From: Leucoraja erinacea
Taxonomy: Eukaryota
Direction: 5' to 3'
DNA length: 64,000 nucleotides
Assembly: GCF_028641065.1 (NCBI RefSeq)
Contig: NC_073399.1
Coordinates: 19,096,001 to 19,160,000, forward strand
The notes under the pieces are model-generated. The model ran no database searches. It worked only from the letters and a program-made list of their open reading frames with translations, and had not been told where the DNA came from. Both the position numbers and the translations under genes were made by a program. Shown piece after piece: positions 38,358-50,800 of this stretch (its first letter is position 1; every line of letters starts with the position of its first letter).

Positions 38358-40506
38358 TGAATCTTGAACAAAACACAAAGTTCTAGAGTAACTCAGTTGG
38401 TCAGGCAGTATCTGTGGAGGGAATGGATAGGCAACGTTTCTGATCAGAACCTGAAGGGTCCCAGCCCGAAACATTGCCAATCCATTCCCGCCACAGATAC
38501 TACCTGACCTGCTGATTTGCTCAAGATTCTAGCATCTGTGGTTGCTTTTATCTTCAATCTAAATTCGTCAGCCTGGAGAAACAGCCTTCCTACAAGAAGG
38601 TTACTAGTTTCAATAAGATCACCTTTCATTCTTCTAAGCTTCAGAAAACATAGATCTAGCCTCTTGTTATATAACAAACCATCCAGTCCTAGCATCAACG
38701 CCATGAATCTTCAAAGCAAAGCAACCCTGACCTTTTTAGATAAGTGCGTGGACAATGTTCTTGGCATTATCTCATCAAGACTATACACTACAAAAATTGC
38801 TATCTCCAAATCCACTCCAGCAGACAATGGGAATTAGAGCAGGAGGTGCAAACATTGGTGCTGCTGCAGTCAGCCACAGTGGAACTACATACAGAGGGAA
38901 ACGACCTATGGCAGAAAAGTTGCGCCATTCCAGAAGGTTCCTGCAACTCAGACTGACACTATGATAAACAATTATACATAACTGTCAGCCAAGGCAAAAA
39001 ATCAATGTGGAAAAGTTCAAGTGATGTTTAAGTGTGGCAAAAACATTTGGATACGCTGGAATGAAGTTATTAAAAGCCAAGTTGCTGATGTTGAAAATGT
39101 GAAATAAAAAGTGTGCTGTAAATATTCAGCATCCATAGAGAAAGAACCCATAAAAAGAAGCAGCGAAGCTGACTAAAGTTACATGGTTAAGTGATCCCAG
39201 TCATGTTGTACATCACTAATTGAACGTATATGAGATAGTCAGAATTTATTTATAGGTTGATTTCCAATCCAACATGTAATTGATTGCATCTGATTACCAC
39301 AACTCTGTCAATCATCATCCTGCCAGGTATGGTGCTGGCCTGTTCTAGATGAATGTCCAGGGCCATGCAGATGTCTCTCGGTCGACTGTGATCTTAAACA
39401 GAATCATGTAATCCACGTTAAATCGGAAGGCAAATTTTCAGTTACTTATCTCTTCCTTCTGCTTGTGGATGAGAGTGCCCTTTCTCAAGAATTCTGACAT
39501 TTCATTGGACTCTCCCAGTGGACTGGGCCCATCATAGCCATGTGCAACTTGGCCAGGAACCCATTGCTTTCAAGAGCATTTTTCTTCCAAAATGAATAGA
39601 CTGCATCAACTCATCTAATGGTTGCCTTAGACTCTCTCATTTGCTGCATCCAAGATTGAGGCGAGGAGGTTCTGCAAGGCTATTGCTTCAAATAACATCA
39701 GTCTTTAGGTTTCATGTTATCTTGAAGCACTCATTTTGATTTTTTTTTTTTTTTTTTAAAAAGGTATTTCAATGAATGTTAAAGTATGCATCCTCCAAAC
39801 CTTACTGGAGTTGTCACGGCCTCTTGGAGTATGCACTGTGCGATCAATATTTTAGTATATAATCTCATGGCCTTTTTATGCAGACTTCAAAGTGCTGCTA
39901 CCAGACAGCTCCAGTAACTCATACTTGAGCCTCTGGTCATATTAGTAGGAGTTTGCATGTTCTCCCGATGACCATGTGTGTTTCCTCCCACTTTCTATAA
40001 ATATGCTGGCAGTTTAATTTGCTACTTTATTCATTATCTCCCGGTTGATGGTAGGAGAACTGTTGCTTTGTGAGACAACAGTTTACAGAAAAATATGTGG
40101 GGGAGTAGGGTTGATGTAAATATTCTGAGGGTCAGCATGGATGCGATGAGCTAAATGGTTAATATTGCTACAAAATATGATAAGAGGAAACCCTTTCAAT
40201 CAATGCTCAGGACTTTCCAAAGTGTTTCACAGCCAATCAAGTATGCTTGAAGTGTGATCATTCCCACAATTTAGAAATGCATACAAGATCCCATTCATTT
40301 AAGATATCAGAATATTCCCACCATGAAAAAAGATCTCAGATTTTGACAAATCAGAAAAGTGTGAGCGAACTCAAGGATGAAGCAATTTGCCCTCATAACA
40401 TTTTCCAGTTGGTAAAAAGCCAGTAGAAGGAAGAGAGGCACTCACTCAACATTGAACATTGCTTTATTTTATAATAGAATTACATCTGCAGATATCACAG
40501 GGACAA

Positions 40507-43500
40507 TTACAGGTCACTGATGGGCTTGTGGGGCCAATAGGGATACTTCACCATGTCCAGCTTGGTTTCAGGGAAAGTATCGTTCAGATCGTCGATAGTC
40601 ATCTGTTCAAAAGGAACCATGCTTTTGAATTTCGCTAACTGAAACACAGAAAGTGGAATAAGTGAGAAAATGGGCAATACCCAGGTGTCACAGGTTTATC
40701 TCATGGGAATTCCAATCCATAGTGAGATTGTACATCCTGCTAGTTCCATCCACACATCCCAAGCTATACAAGCCATGAGTCATGTTCTGGCCTCAGCTAA
40801 ATTGTACTCTTCTTGAAGTATACTCATTAATTGTGCACATACGTCATGGAGCCCCACAAACCCATCAAGCAGATCTATAGCATAGTGAGCATCAGTAATG
40901 AAACCCATGCAGATGTGTAGCCAGTGGAATGGAATGGAATACTTTGTCACATAAGATTCTTTGCTTGCACACCCAATGTATACAAATAGCGGCCATCTAC
41001 AGCACTGACAAAGTTACAAAGCATGCCAGCTCCTCCTCTTGCTCTCCCCCCTCCAGCATCGGTTGCCCCACGTCCGGTGGGGAGTTAATCCAGATTCAGG
41101 TTGATGACTGGGGCTCTGATAGGAAGTGAATGACTTATTGACTCACTCCAGACACCGCCTGCTCTGCTGAATATTTCCAAATTTTTCTATTCTTGTATCA
41201 TATTTCCAACACCTACATTTGATTTGTATTTTTTAAATTGCTGGTGAATTGTACCCTGTGGCCTCAGCAGCCACAGACAGAGACAATTGCATTACCTCTT
41301 TCTCATATTTGGAAATCCTCTCCTTTGAAGCCTGGCAATAACTTTGAGCACTCTTATTCTGTAGAATAGAAAGCAGCTGTTAATCAAATGTTAATCCAGT
41401 ACATTAAAATAATCCATTTGACTCTTCAGTACATTTGATCAATACCAAATAAAAGCTACTCACAGCCTCTTGCTCCTGAGCATTAATTTTCTCCCCTTGT
41501 GTGTCAATGGGTTCTGGAACCTTTACAGCATTGTACTGTAAATACAAAACATAGGAAAGCAGGATTTAGTTACTATGCAACAAATAGCTGGAATAAACTT
41601 CCTGAAGATTTAAGACTTGCCTCAAGTTTGACCACTTTTAAAACAAGACTGAAAACTTTTATGGCTTTCAGCTAAATCTTAACTACATTGCACTTTTAAC
41701 TTTTGCACTTTTTATAATGCATTTTTAATTTTGCTTTTCTTTTCTTTTAGTTCGATTATATTTCATTTTATTATTTCATTTTATTGTATGACATGTTTTT
41801 ATGTGAAGCACTTTGAGTCTGCCTCGTGTATGAAATGTGCTATTTAAATAAAGTTGCCTTGCCTTGCCTTGTTGTAAATGGGAAGGAGGGAGTAAGAGAA
41901 GGGAGGGTGTGAGAGGATAGAGAGAAAAACTGTAAATCAATCACTCAATCACAGATGTTCCTATAACTCTTATAGCTATTATACAGCTGGGAATTATGAT
42001 TACTAATTGCTTCACTAAGGAATCTAACACAAACCCATTCACTAAATTGCATATTCAGAACTATGTAGGAATAAGATAGCTATATTACTAGGAACAGTGG
42101 GAGTTTGAAAACAAATCCACAAGAACATGAATATTACCAATAACTACTTTGAAGGCATCACAAAAGCAGGCCAGTCAACTCAAGCCATTAGGTCCCCACA
42201 TTCCTCCTCCATCCCATCTTCATCTCTTACTTGCTATTCAAGATTCCTTTTAAATGCACCTAGGTGGAGCAGTAAACCACTGCTGGCCAATGTGGTCAGT
42301 GTTGACTCTACAAACGCTTACGGCCCGTTCCTGTCTGGGTGAGGCCACATTAAATGTGAATTCACAAGAGCCATTTAACATATGCATGTGCAACACAATC
42401 TTCTGATCTGGTTTTGATTGCCATAGTGGGTGACAGAGTGGAAGTGACTAGATTTTTTCCTCTTCCTTTGGGGCTGACTTTCTTTTCCTTTACCTCTCCC
42501 AGGATATTCATGTTGTTGCAATGGAAGCAAGGTGTAGGAAGTGTCTAGTCAGGGTCTTCCACATATTACAACTGGAGGACCTGTTGGTCCTTATCTGCCC
42601 TTCATTCCCCTTTGTTTAGAATGCAGAATAGGTTGTTAGGTACAGATAGCTCACTTTAACTAGCCCAGTTAGTCAACTCAATCAGCAAAGAGACGATCTG
42701 GGCCAAAGGGTCTGTTTCCATGCTGTCCAGCTCTATGACAACTCAATGAACTAGTTTTGATTGGTGGGGCTGAACTGGATGATACATTGTGATTAGCCTT
42801 GACACTCAGCTGGGACCCTTAGTCCCTGCCACAAGCCAAAGATTCATCTTTGATCCAAGAAGCGGCTTCGTTGAAATAGCCTGCCTTCATGGTAAACACT
42901 CAGGTGTGATGACTGCTTCTTAATTTAAATGCACTGTAATTTCAATTAAAGGAAGCAAGTTGTACTTTACAGTGACTTAGAGGTTGATGTCCCACCTGTA
43001 GATGGTATTCATCACTCTACATTTGCTGATTTGAGGAATTACTCCCAAGCGATGGAAATGCAGGATTTACCTCAACAACTAAGAATGCATTCAATTTTCA
43101 TACAGGCCTTTGGGGTTGATGTCACTAAATCACATGCCGTTTCCTACTTTTTGTTATACTTTTGAGTATATATCAAATTCCCCTTTTAAATGTGTGCTGA
43201 AGATGTGCAAGTTTAAACAAAACACACAGGAAGCTGTCCTTTGATTTTCCCTGCTCTTTCAAATACTCAGTTTTCAAAACTCAAGCAAAGCTGTCTTCTT
43301 ACCTTCTTTTCAAACTCATCCACCATTCCAGGTTTTGCAATAATGTTCCTATAATAGCTCCAGTCAAGGGCTAGAGGTTTCTCTGGAAGTGTTGTCAACC
43401 TATAGCAAAATATAAAATCCAGGGGTTACAATTAGAAAACTGCTCAAAAAAGCATATTCGTCTTTATGTGAATTTTGAGTAATAGCTCTTTCTCCCCACA

Positions 43501-44663
43501 TTACCGGCAGTATTTGTTCTCTTGCATTGGGAATATTAATGCACTTGTCTTTCTTGGAACACAATGGTCAACTTTAAGCCCTTTAAAAAAAGCTCTCTCT
43601 ACATTATCATCTGTTGTATCTAAACCAGGTTCTGAACTGGTAACTTTAGCAGTTTTTTTTTATTGAAGAAATAAAATAATATAATCAAACAGGGAATCCA
43701 AAAGTAAATGTATCAAGAGTAGATGAAAGTCGATGAAAGACTAGAACTCTTTACTACAAAACCAAGGTTTCGGGTCGGGACCATTCTTCAGACTGATTGT
43801 AGTGGCGGAGGGATGGGGAGCAGTGGAAGCAAGAAAAATAACAGGACAAATCAGGCCTGGTCTTTTGGTGTGGTGGGGGGGGGGGGGGGGGGGGTGGTCC
43901 TCTCCCTCACCCATTCCTCCACTAAAAGTAGGTTAATTAGTTCCACTGTTCACAACGATGTATCCTTCTCGGGCTTGCACCGTCTCTATCCATCAATGGG
44001 CTTATCAGAAAAATTCCTTGCCTGATATCATCCGTTGCCGGCCCTGATTTGTCCTGTTTATTTACCCCTTGCATCCAGTTTCCTCTCCTTCCCCCCCCCC
44101 CCCCCCCCCCCCCCCCCCTACAATCAGTCTGAAGGATCCCAGCCCAAAATGTCACCCTATTATCTCCAGAGATGCTGCCTGACCTGCCGAGTTACTCCAG
44201 TATTTTGTGTCTATCTAATCAATACCATGAACCCATTTAGCGATCAAGGTTTAAGGATTCATCTGTTAAGATTAGGATGGTGGATGCCCAAAGCGATACA
44301 TAAACCTTATCACAGATTAGTTCGCCTAAAGATCTGCTTTGGTGCTGCATATCATATAGTTCAATGAATTCATTGCCATTCATTGAACTACCTGTCCTGG
44401 GAAGGTATACAATGGAGGCTTTATCCTGTATCCAACTCCTGAACCGCTCCTGAACCATTTAATGCACGTGCAGGGTGCCATGCTCTCTCCCTCTCCAATG
44501 AAAGTATCTACCGGATGTGTAGTTGGTTACAGGGTACTCACCTGCTAGACAGGGCGTCACTTCGAGTTTTCAGTGCATTGAACATGGCTCTCTGGTTTGG
44601 TGGGACCCGCTCACCAAACGCCATCCAGTCGACAGCTTTCATGGCAACTCTGCGGCTCGACAT
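40507..44663 (-). CDS. ATP5PD: Mitochondrial ATP synthase peripheral stalk subunit d, 161 aa
   Basis: Coding exons 44663-44542 (MSSRRVAMKAVDWMAFGERVPPNQRAMFNALK), 43399-43303 (LPEKPLALDWSYYRNIIAKPGMVDEFEKK), 41535-41464, 41358-41296 and 40638-40507 (PFEQMTIDDLNDTFPETKLDMVKYPYWPHKPISDL*), total 486 nt, all GT-AG. AATAAA on the minus strand at 40463-40468. Confidence 0.97.
41545..41872 (+). mobile_element. L2-type 3' fragment in an ATP5PD intron
   Basis: SWNKLPEDLR...FKTRLKTF remnant, followed by AAGCACTTTGAG...AAATAAAG(TTGCC)n tail. Confidence 0.7.
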
Positions 44664-44779
44664 CCTTGCCGTCTAGAGAAAATCAGACAATGTGACACCG
44701 GGGAAATAAAAAAAAAACACTGTCACTACACTGGTGATGCTGTGCTTCTGCAACAACCCCAGGGTTTTGTATATGTAGC

Positions 44780-46935
44780 AGTTGTATAAGATGTTGGCTA
44801 GACCGCATTTAGAATATTGTGTTCATTTCTGGGCCCCATGTTATATGAAAGATATTGTTAAGCTTGAAAGGGTTCAGAAAAGATTTACAAGGATGTTGGC
44901 AGGTCAAGACGATGTGAGCTAAATGGGAGAGGTTGAGTAGGTTGGGACACTATTCCATGGAGCGCAAGAGGATACAGAGGTATACAAAATTATGAGAGGA
45001 ATAGATTGGGTAGATGCACAGTCTTTTGCCCAGAGGAGGGGAATCGAGGACCAGAGGACACAGGTTCAAGGTGACGGGGAAAAGATTTAATAGGAATCCG
45101 AGGGGTAACTTTTTCACACAAAGGGTTGTGGGTAAATGGAACAAGCTGCCAGTGGAGGTAGTTGAGGCTGGGACTATCCTGGGGGAGAAATTGGATGTTC
45201 TTTAAGGAATATAGAGGAAGCAAGAAAGAACTTAAACAAAGAATTGGGAAAGCTAAAAGGGACCATGGAATACCCAGGGCAAAAAGAAGCAAGGCATTTC
45301 ATGTATAAATTAAAAGGGTACGTAGGGAAAGGGTAGGATCACTCACAAACAAAAGAATTGACCTATGCATGGAGTTATAGGAAATGGGTGAGGTAGCAAA
45401 TGAATACTTTACATCCGTGTTTGCCAAGGAGAAGGATATGGGGAGATTTTGTTGATATTTGAGAGCAGGTTGATATTAAGGAGCAGGAGATGTTTGATTT
45501 CTTCAAATCATTAAGATATGCAAGATCCCAGAGGCTGATGGAATGATGGAGGTAAGGGAGAGGACTACAGGGGCCTTGACTGAGATCTTCGATTTTCTTT
45601 AGCTTACTCCCAGAAAACGGCAGAATTGCCAAAGTTGTTCCTTCATTTAAGGTGGGCAACAATGAAAATCCAGGAACCTACAGGCCTTAAATCAAGGTTG
45701 GAAAATTCTTGAAGATTCTTAGGAATAGGATTTACCCGCATTTGGAAAATTGGCATGGCTTTGAGCTGACAGCAAAGTTTTGTCCAAAAAATGTGATTGA
45801 GTTTTGTTTAGGAAGATGCTCAATGACAGTTGGGGAGTGAATGTTATCTTCATGAACTTCAATAAAGCATTTAACAAAGTCCCCAGGGTAAACAATCTAA
45901 AGGATTTAAGTCCATAATGAGCTGGATAAAAATTGGCTTGATCATAGAGGATAGAGGATGGTGCAGGTGTGTTTTTCTTACTACAGGTCTGCGACCATAA
46001 GGGTCTGGGCTGAGACCTCATATTTGTGACACACACAAAGCAGGAAAATGTAGGTCATCTGTTGAATAAGTTTGCAAACAACAAAAATTGGTGTGTTGTG
46101 GATAGTGAGGATGAAGATCAAAGAATACAGATCATTTGGAAACATGGGTAAGGAAATAACAGATGGAGTCTAATGCGGACAAGTAGGCTGATGAGCTTCG
46201 GGAGATTAAATATAAGAGGAAAGTATACAGTAAATGGCAGGATTCTTGGGAGTGCTGATGTACAGAGGGATCTTGAAGTACAAGGCTGTAGCTCTCTGAA
46301 AGTGTCAACACAAGTTGCCAGAGTGGCAAGGAAGACATACACAATGCTTGTCCTCATCGGGCAGGGTGTGGAGTATAATAGTTGGTAATTCATGCTGCAG
46401 TTAAATAAAACGGTAGGTAGGCCACATTTGGAGTATTGTGTGTAGTTCTGGTAACTACAATTACAGGATGTCAAGGCTTTGGCAAGGATGTAGTAGAGGT
46501 TCATTTGGATGATGCCTGGATTGGAGAGTATTAGATGCAAGATTGAGGTTGGACACGCCTTGATTCTTTCCTCTGGTGGGCTTGTGGCTAAGGGATGACC
46601 TGATAGATGTATATAAAATTATGAGAGGCATAGATAGTGTAGATAATAAAGTCTTTTTTCCTTAGGGTGCAAATGTCAAATACTTGAGGGCTTCCCTTTA
46701 AGGTGAGAGCGGGAAACTTTAAAGGAGATGTACAAAGACAGTTGCTTTTTCGTTGGGAACACACTGCCAGAGAAGTGGTAGGAACAGGCATGATAGCAAC
46801 ATTTAAGGGATTTAGTCAAACATAAACATAATGGGAATGGACTGATACAGGCAGATGCAATTAATTAGATAGGCATCATGGTGAGTGTAGACATTGTGTG
46901 CCAAAGGGTCTTTTTCTCTGCTACACTGTTCTATG
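44780..46935 (+). mobile_element. Old, heavily degenerate CR1 fragments in ATP5PD intron 1
   Basis: Recognisable [17 protein letters not shown] and AFNKVP remnants with many indels. Confidence 0.75.
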
Positions 46936-47723
46936 TTTTAAGTGACAATGACACTACCTGAGATATTGATGGTAAGGAACTCTGTAACATCAATGTCAGT
47001 GAATATAAAAAGCTACATGGTGAAAATGTATAGGGATGGTCATTGTCCAGCACGTGGGCATTTATTAACCACCTACCTTTGACTTTAGCATTTACCATGA
47101 CGTTAACTTTGCCAAATCCCTCTCCATCAATATCCGGGAGGGGGAGGGGGTCACCAATGGACTGCAATTTAACTGGACCAGCCAGAGGTTAGATATCCCG
47201 TGTAAGTGACTCCAGGGTCTTTACAATACGGTATAAGTGATGAGTCTCAAACTGCCTGGACGAGTGCAGCACCAGCATCTCCCAAGATGCTCAATGCTGC
47301 CAGGGACCTGGAACTCCCAAGCTTAATGCTTTCACAGCCCCCTCAGTTAGCACCCCATTCATCACACTAAACAATGATTACCTCCACCACCCACACAACG
47401 TCGATAAAATATACCATTATTAGCACTGAAGCAGGATGATAGGAACACCGTCAGCAGCAGACGCCACACTACCCCGACTTGGAGTGAAATCATCAGTCCT
47501 TCAGCACGCTCGGATGATAAATGCTGGAACGCCTGGTGTTCCGGGGTTTAGTCCTTCAGCAGAGGATTTAGGCGCCGGCTCACCAGCGTCAGGAGATAGG
47601 AGAACTGGGCAATACATGCTTATCTTACCAGTAATGTATAGATAATGAAACCGCTATAATTAAGACATCTGGGTAAATCCCCAAACCCCGTCGCCCACAT
47701 ACGTCCAGCCCCCCAGCCCCTAC

Positions 47724-47790
47724 CTCTCACGTCCCTCTCTGCAGCTGCTGACAGGGGACGGTCCGGGGTCCACCAAGGGCGCAAAGATGG
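47724..47790 (-). other. ATP5PD: Probable non-coding first exon of ATP5PD
   Basis: Minus-strand donor GAGAG|GTAGGG near 47723 inside the CpG island shared with KCTD2. The first coding exon has an acceptor 9 nt upstream of its ATG, so an upstream UTR exon is required. The 5' boundary is approximate. Confidence 0.6.
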
Positions 47791-47860
47791 CGGAGCGGAA
47801 GCGGAAATGCCCCAGTTTGCCCGGCCCGGGCGCCGCGCCATTTCCGGAAATGGCGGCGTG
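47780..47860. promoter_or_regulatory. Bidirectional CpG-island promoter of ATP5PD and KCTD2 with YY1 and ETS/GABP motifs
   Basis: AAGATGGCGG (YY1), tandem GCGGAAGCGGAAATG (ETS), and a 20-bp palindrome CGCCATTTCCGGAAATGGCG at 47836-47855, between head-to-head genes. Confidence 0.75.
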
Positions 47861-50800
47861 ATGGCGGAGTTGCAGAGTTCGGGGCCTCTGGCCGGGAATG
47901 ACGCCAACTCTCCCGGACTCGGCGAGAAATCCGGCAAAAAATGGGTGCGGCTGAACGTAGGCGGAACGTACTTCATTAGCACCAAGCAGACGCTGTGTCG
48001 CGACCCCAAATCCTTCCTGTGCCGCCTGTGCCAGGAGGACCCGGACCTGGACTCGGACAAGGTAAGGCGGCAGCTGCTCCCACAAGTCGCCATGGACATT
48101 CGCCAGCCCGCCCGTCGCCGCCTTGGCCAATAATTCTGCCTGCCTCCATGGAAACGAATCATCTCACTTCTCCCCCGCCCCATGGCGACCGGCCCGTTAT
48201 CTCCATGGTCACCAAGCGGGTCCCACTCGTCTCCATAACAGTTACCTGTCAGTTTGCACGATGACCGATAATCCCACCCACCTGCACAGTGATTAATAAT
48301 CGACCACTTCTCGCTAATAAATAATCCCATCCATCTCCATGCTGAGCAGTGGTCCTGCTGGACTAGTTGTCATTGTGATTTGCCTTGTGATTAATTTATT
48401 TTGTTCACCTAAATCGAATTTCACTCTACCTAAATTGGTGCATGTGGCAATAAACTCACCTTTGAACCACCTTTGAACCTACAGGAGGCAGCCATCACTA
48501 ACAAGATCTCGTTATACCATTTTCCATTGTAAATGATTTTGTGCTCTGCTTTGTCTCTCTATTTTGTAGGATGAAACTGGTGCCTATCTCATAGACAGAG
48601 ACCCAAGTTACTTTGGGCCGATCCTCAACTATCTTCGACATGGAAAACTGATCATTAATAAGGACTTGGCAGAGGAGGGTGAGCACTGAATACCTGCTGA
48701 AATATAATCTGAATGTTGTTAGGGAGGTTGCCTTGAGAGTAACTCAGACACTGGACTCCTCGATAGACCTGGACACAGATTTGTTAGCTCTGTGCGGGCT
48801 AGATCAATAAGCTTACAGAAACTGAATTTTAAAAATAAGAATCCCAGTCAGGTGGAATGCGTGGGTCATTATTTTTTTTAATGATTATGAAGTTGCCTCT
48901 ACATTGGAACCTTAACAGCTCATGAAACCTCAACATACTCCGCAACCTCTAAAATACTTTTGACATGTAGTCAGTTGTATCACAGAACTGTGGAACTATG
49001 CCAAACATACATAGAACAAAATCTCACCGTCAATACTGGAAATACTCAGCAGAACAGGTAGCATCTCTTGAGGAAAAACTGTTAACATGTCAAGTTAATA
49101 TCCTTTCATCAGAAGAAGGAAAGTTATAAATCAAACAAGTTTTAAATTGCAGGATTATTTCTACCCGTCCCTGTTCTAAGTAATTTAAAACTTGTTTGAT
49201 TTCTAATCTAAAGGGTAGAGATAAAAGTAGTATCTATAGTGGTGTGCAGGCAGGGAGAGACTGAATGACACGTCACCATTGTCTGATCTGTTTGGAGATA
49301 GTGTGTATATATAGAAGGAAGTTCATCTTGACAGGGAGAGAAAAATATAGTACTGGACTTGTGAGATGTGAAGCACTGCAATTACTGGAAATCTAAACAA
49401 ATGCTAGAAATAATCACAAGGCAGCATCTGTGGAGGAAGAAAAATTAAGTTAACATGGAGGTTGATGATCTTTAACCAGAATGCTCATCAAGGATTAGAA
49501 CTGGGACTAACTGCCAAATTGATAGAAATCTTCTATTGAGGTAATGCTGAGTGGTCATTGGCATGATGTTCTAATGGATTTGGACTCTGGCCAAATGCTT
49601 CCTAACCCGTATTGTGTTTATCCAGGGGTGTTGGAGGAGGCAGAGTTCTATAATATTGCCTTACTTGTCCGATTAGTCAAAGAACGTATTCGGGACTTGG
49701 AGAACAGGACCTCACAGGTGAGCTGAACTTGACTGTTTGCTTTACTGGAAACTACTTAATAACAGTTGGTCTGCTTGTTTGAAGGGCCAGATGGGGTGGG
49801 AGATTGCAACCTGGGAGAGTCCACCCTGTTTTGACGAATGCAGTCAACCTGGCGTGCACAATCAGAAGATCAAACAGAACAAGTTGTCTTACAACTTTAG
49901 GCTGTACACGCTATACGCAAGAAGAAGAAGAAGAAGGGCCAGATTTGTCAACTCAAAATAATCTATAATCTGACAAAGCACCACCCAATACCCCATCCTC
50001 ACCATCCCTAGAAAGGAATTCTGTGTATTGATCAGCAGCATATTGCACATGTAAGACTACCCAAAATCAGAAGGAACCACCTGAACACCATGCAGGACAA
50101 AACAAACTGCACGTGTACTGCTTCACATATTCCGTCCTTCAGCACCAGCACACTGTGATGCAATGTATACTATCTGTAACCTGCATCACAGCAGCTTATC
50201 AAAACTTCCTGGACATCAGCTCCAATTTCTCTTATCTCTACCATCCTTGAGAAACATGGCAACCAATGAATGAGGATACCAACTCCAAATTCTTGTCCAA
50301 TGCACCCATCTTTTGAGTTACATGTATAACACTCTTCCTTCACAATCGGATAGTTAAAATGCTGGAACCTTATAACTAACAACATTGTAGAAAAACCATG
50401 ACAATTTGAGCTCCAGTGGTTCAAGGTGACTCAACAGCTTCTGGAAAGAATCTACAAAGGTGCAATATGAGTTGATGTTTCAGGACTGAGATCCTTCTTC
50501 AGAATCCTAAAATTATTTTTTGTAAGATCCAATGTTGAGATTGGCTGTTGGCCCAGACCAGATACCTTAGCTGCCACTTAGTGCATGGGTGGTCATCACA
50601 TCCTGTCTCATTGTAAAGATGAATTGTGTAACTTTGGCTGCTACAACAATGAAGATTAGACTAAGCATTTGTAGCTGGCTGTTTTATATCTGAATAGAAA
50701 TCACAATAGGTTTATGATGTCATTTCCACACTACAGGGTCCAGTGAAACACGTTTACCGTGTTCTACAGTGTCAGGAGGAGGAACTCACGCAAATGGTCT

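Noticed and set aside
47807-47860. In-frame upstream ATG extending KCTD2 (MPQFARPG...)
   Set aside because: It lies among the promoter motifs. The conserved KCTD2 start is MAELQ at 47861.
47620-48330. 236-aa and 136-aa minus-strand ORFs
   Set aside because: Antisense shadows of the GC-rich KCTD2 exon 1 and promoter, with no recognisable protein features.
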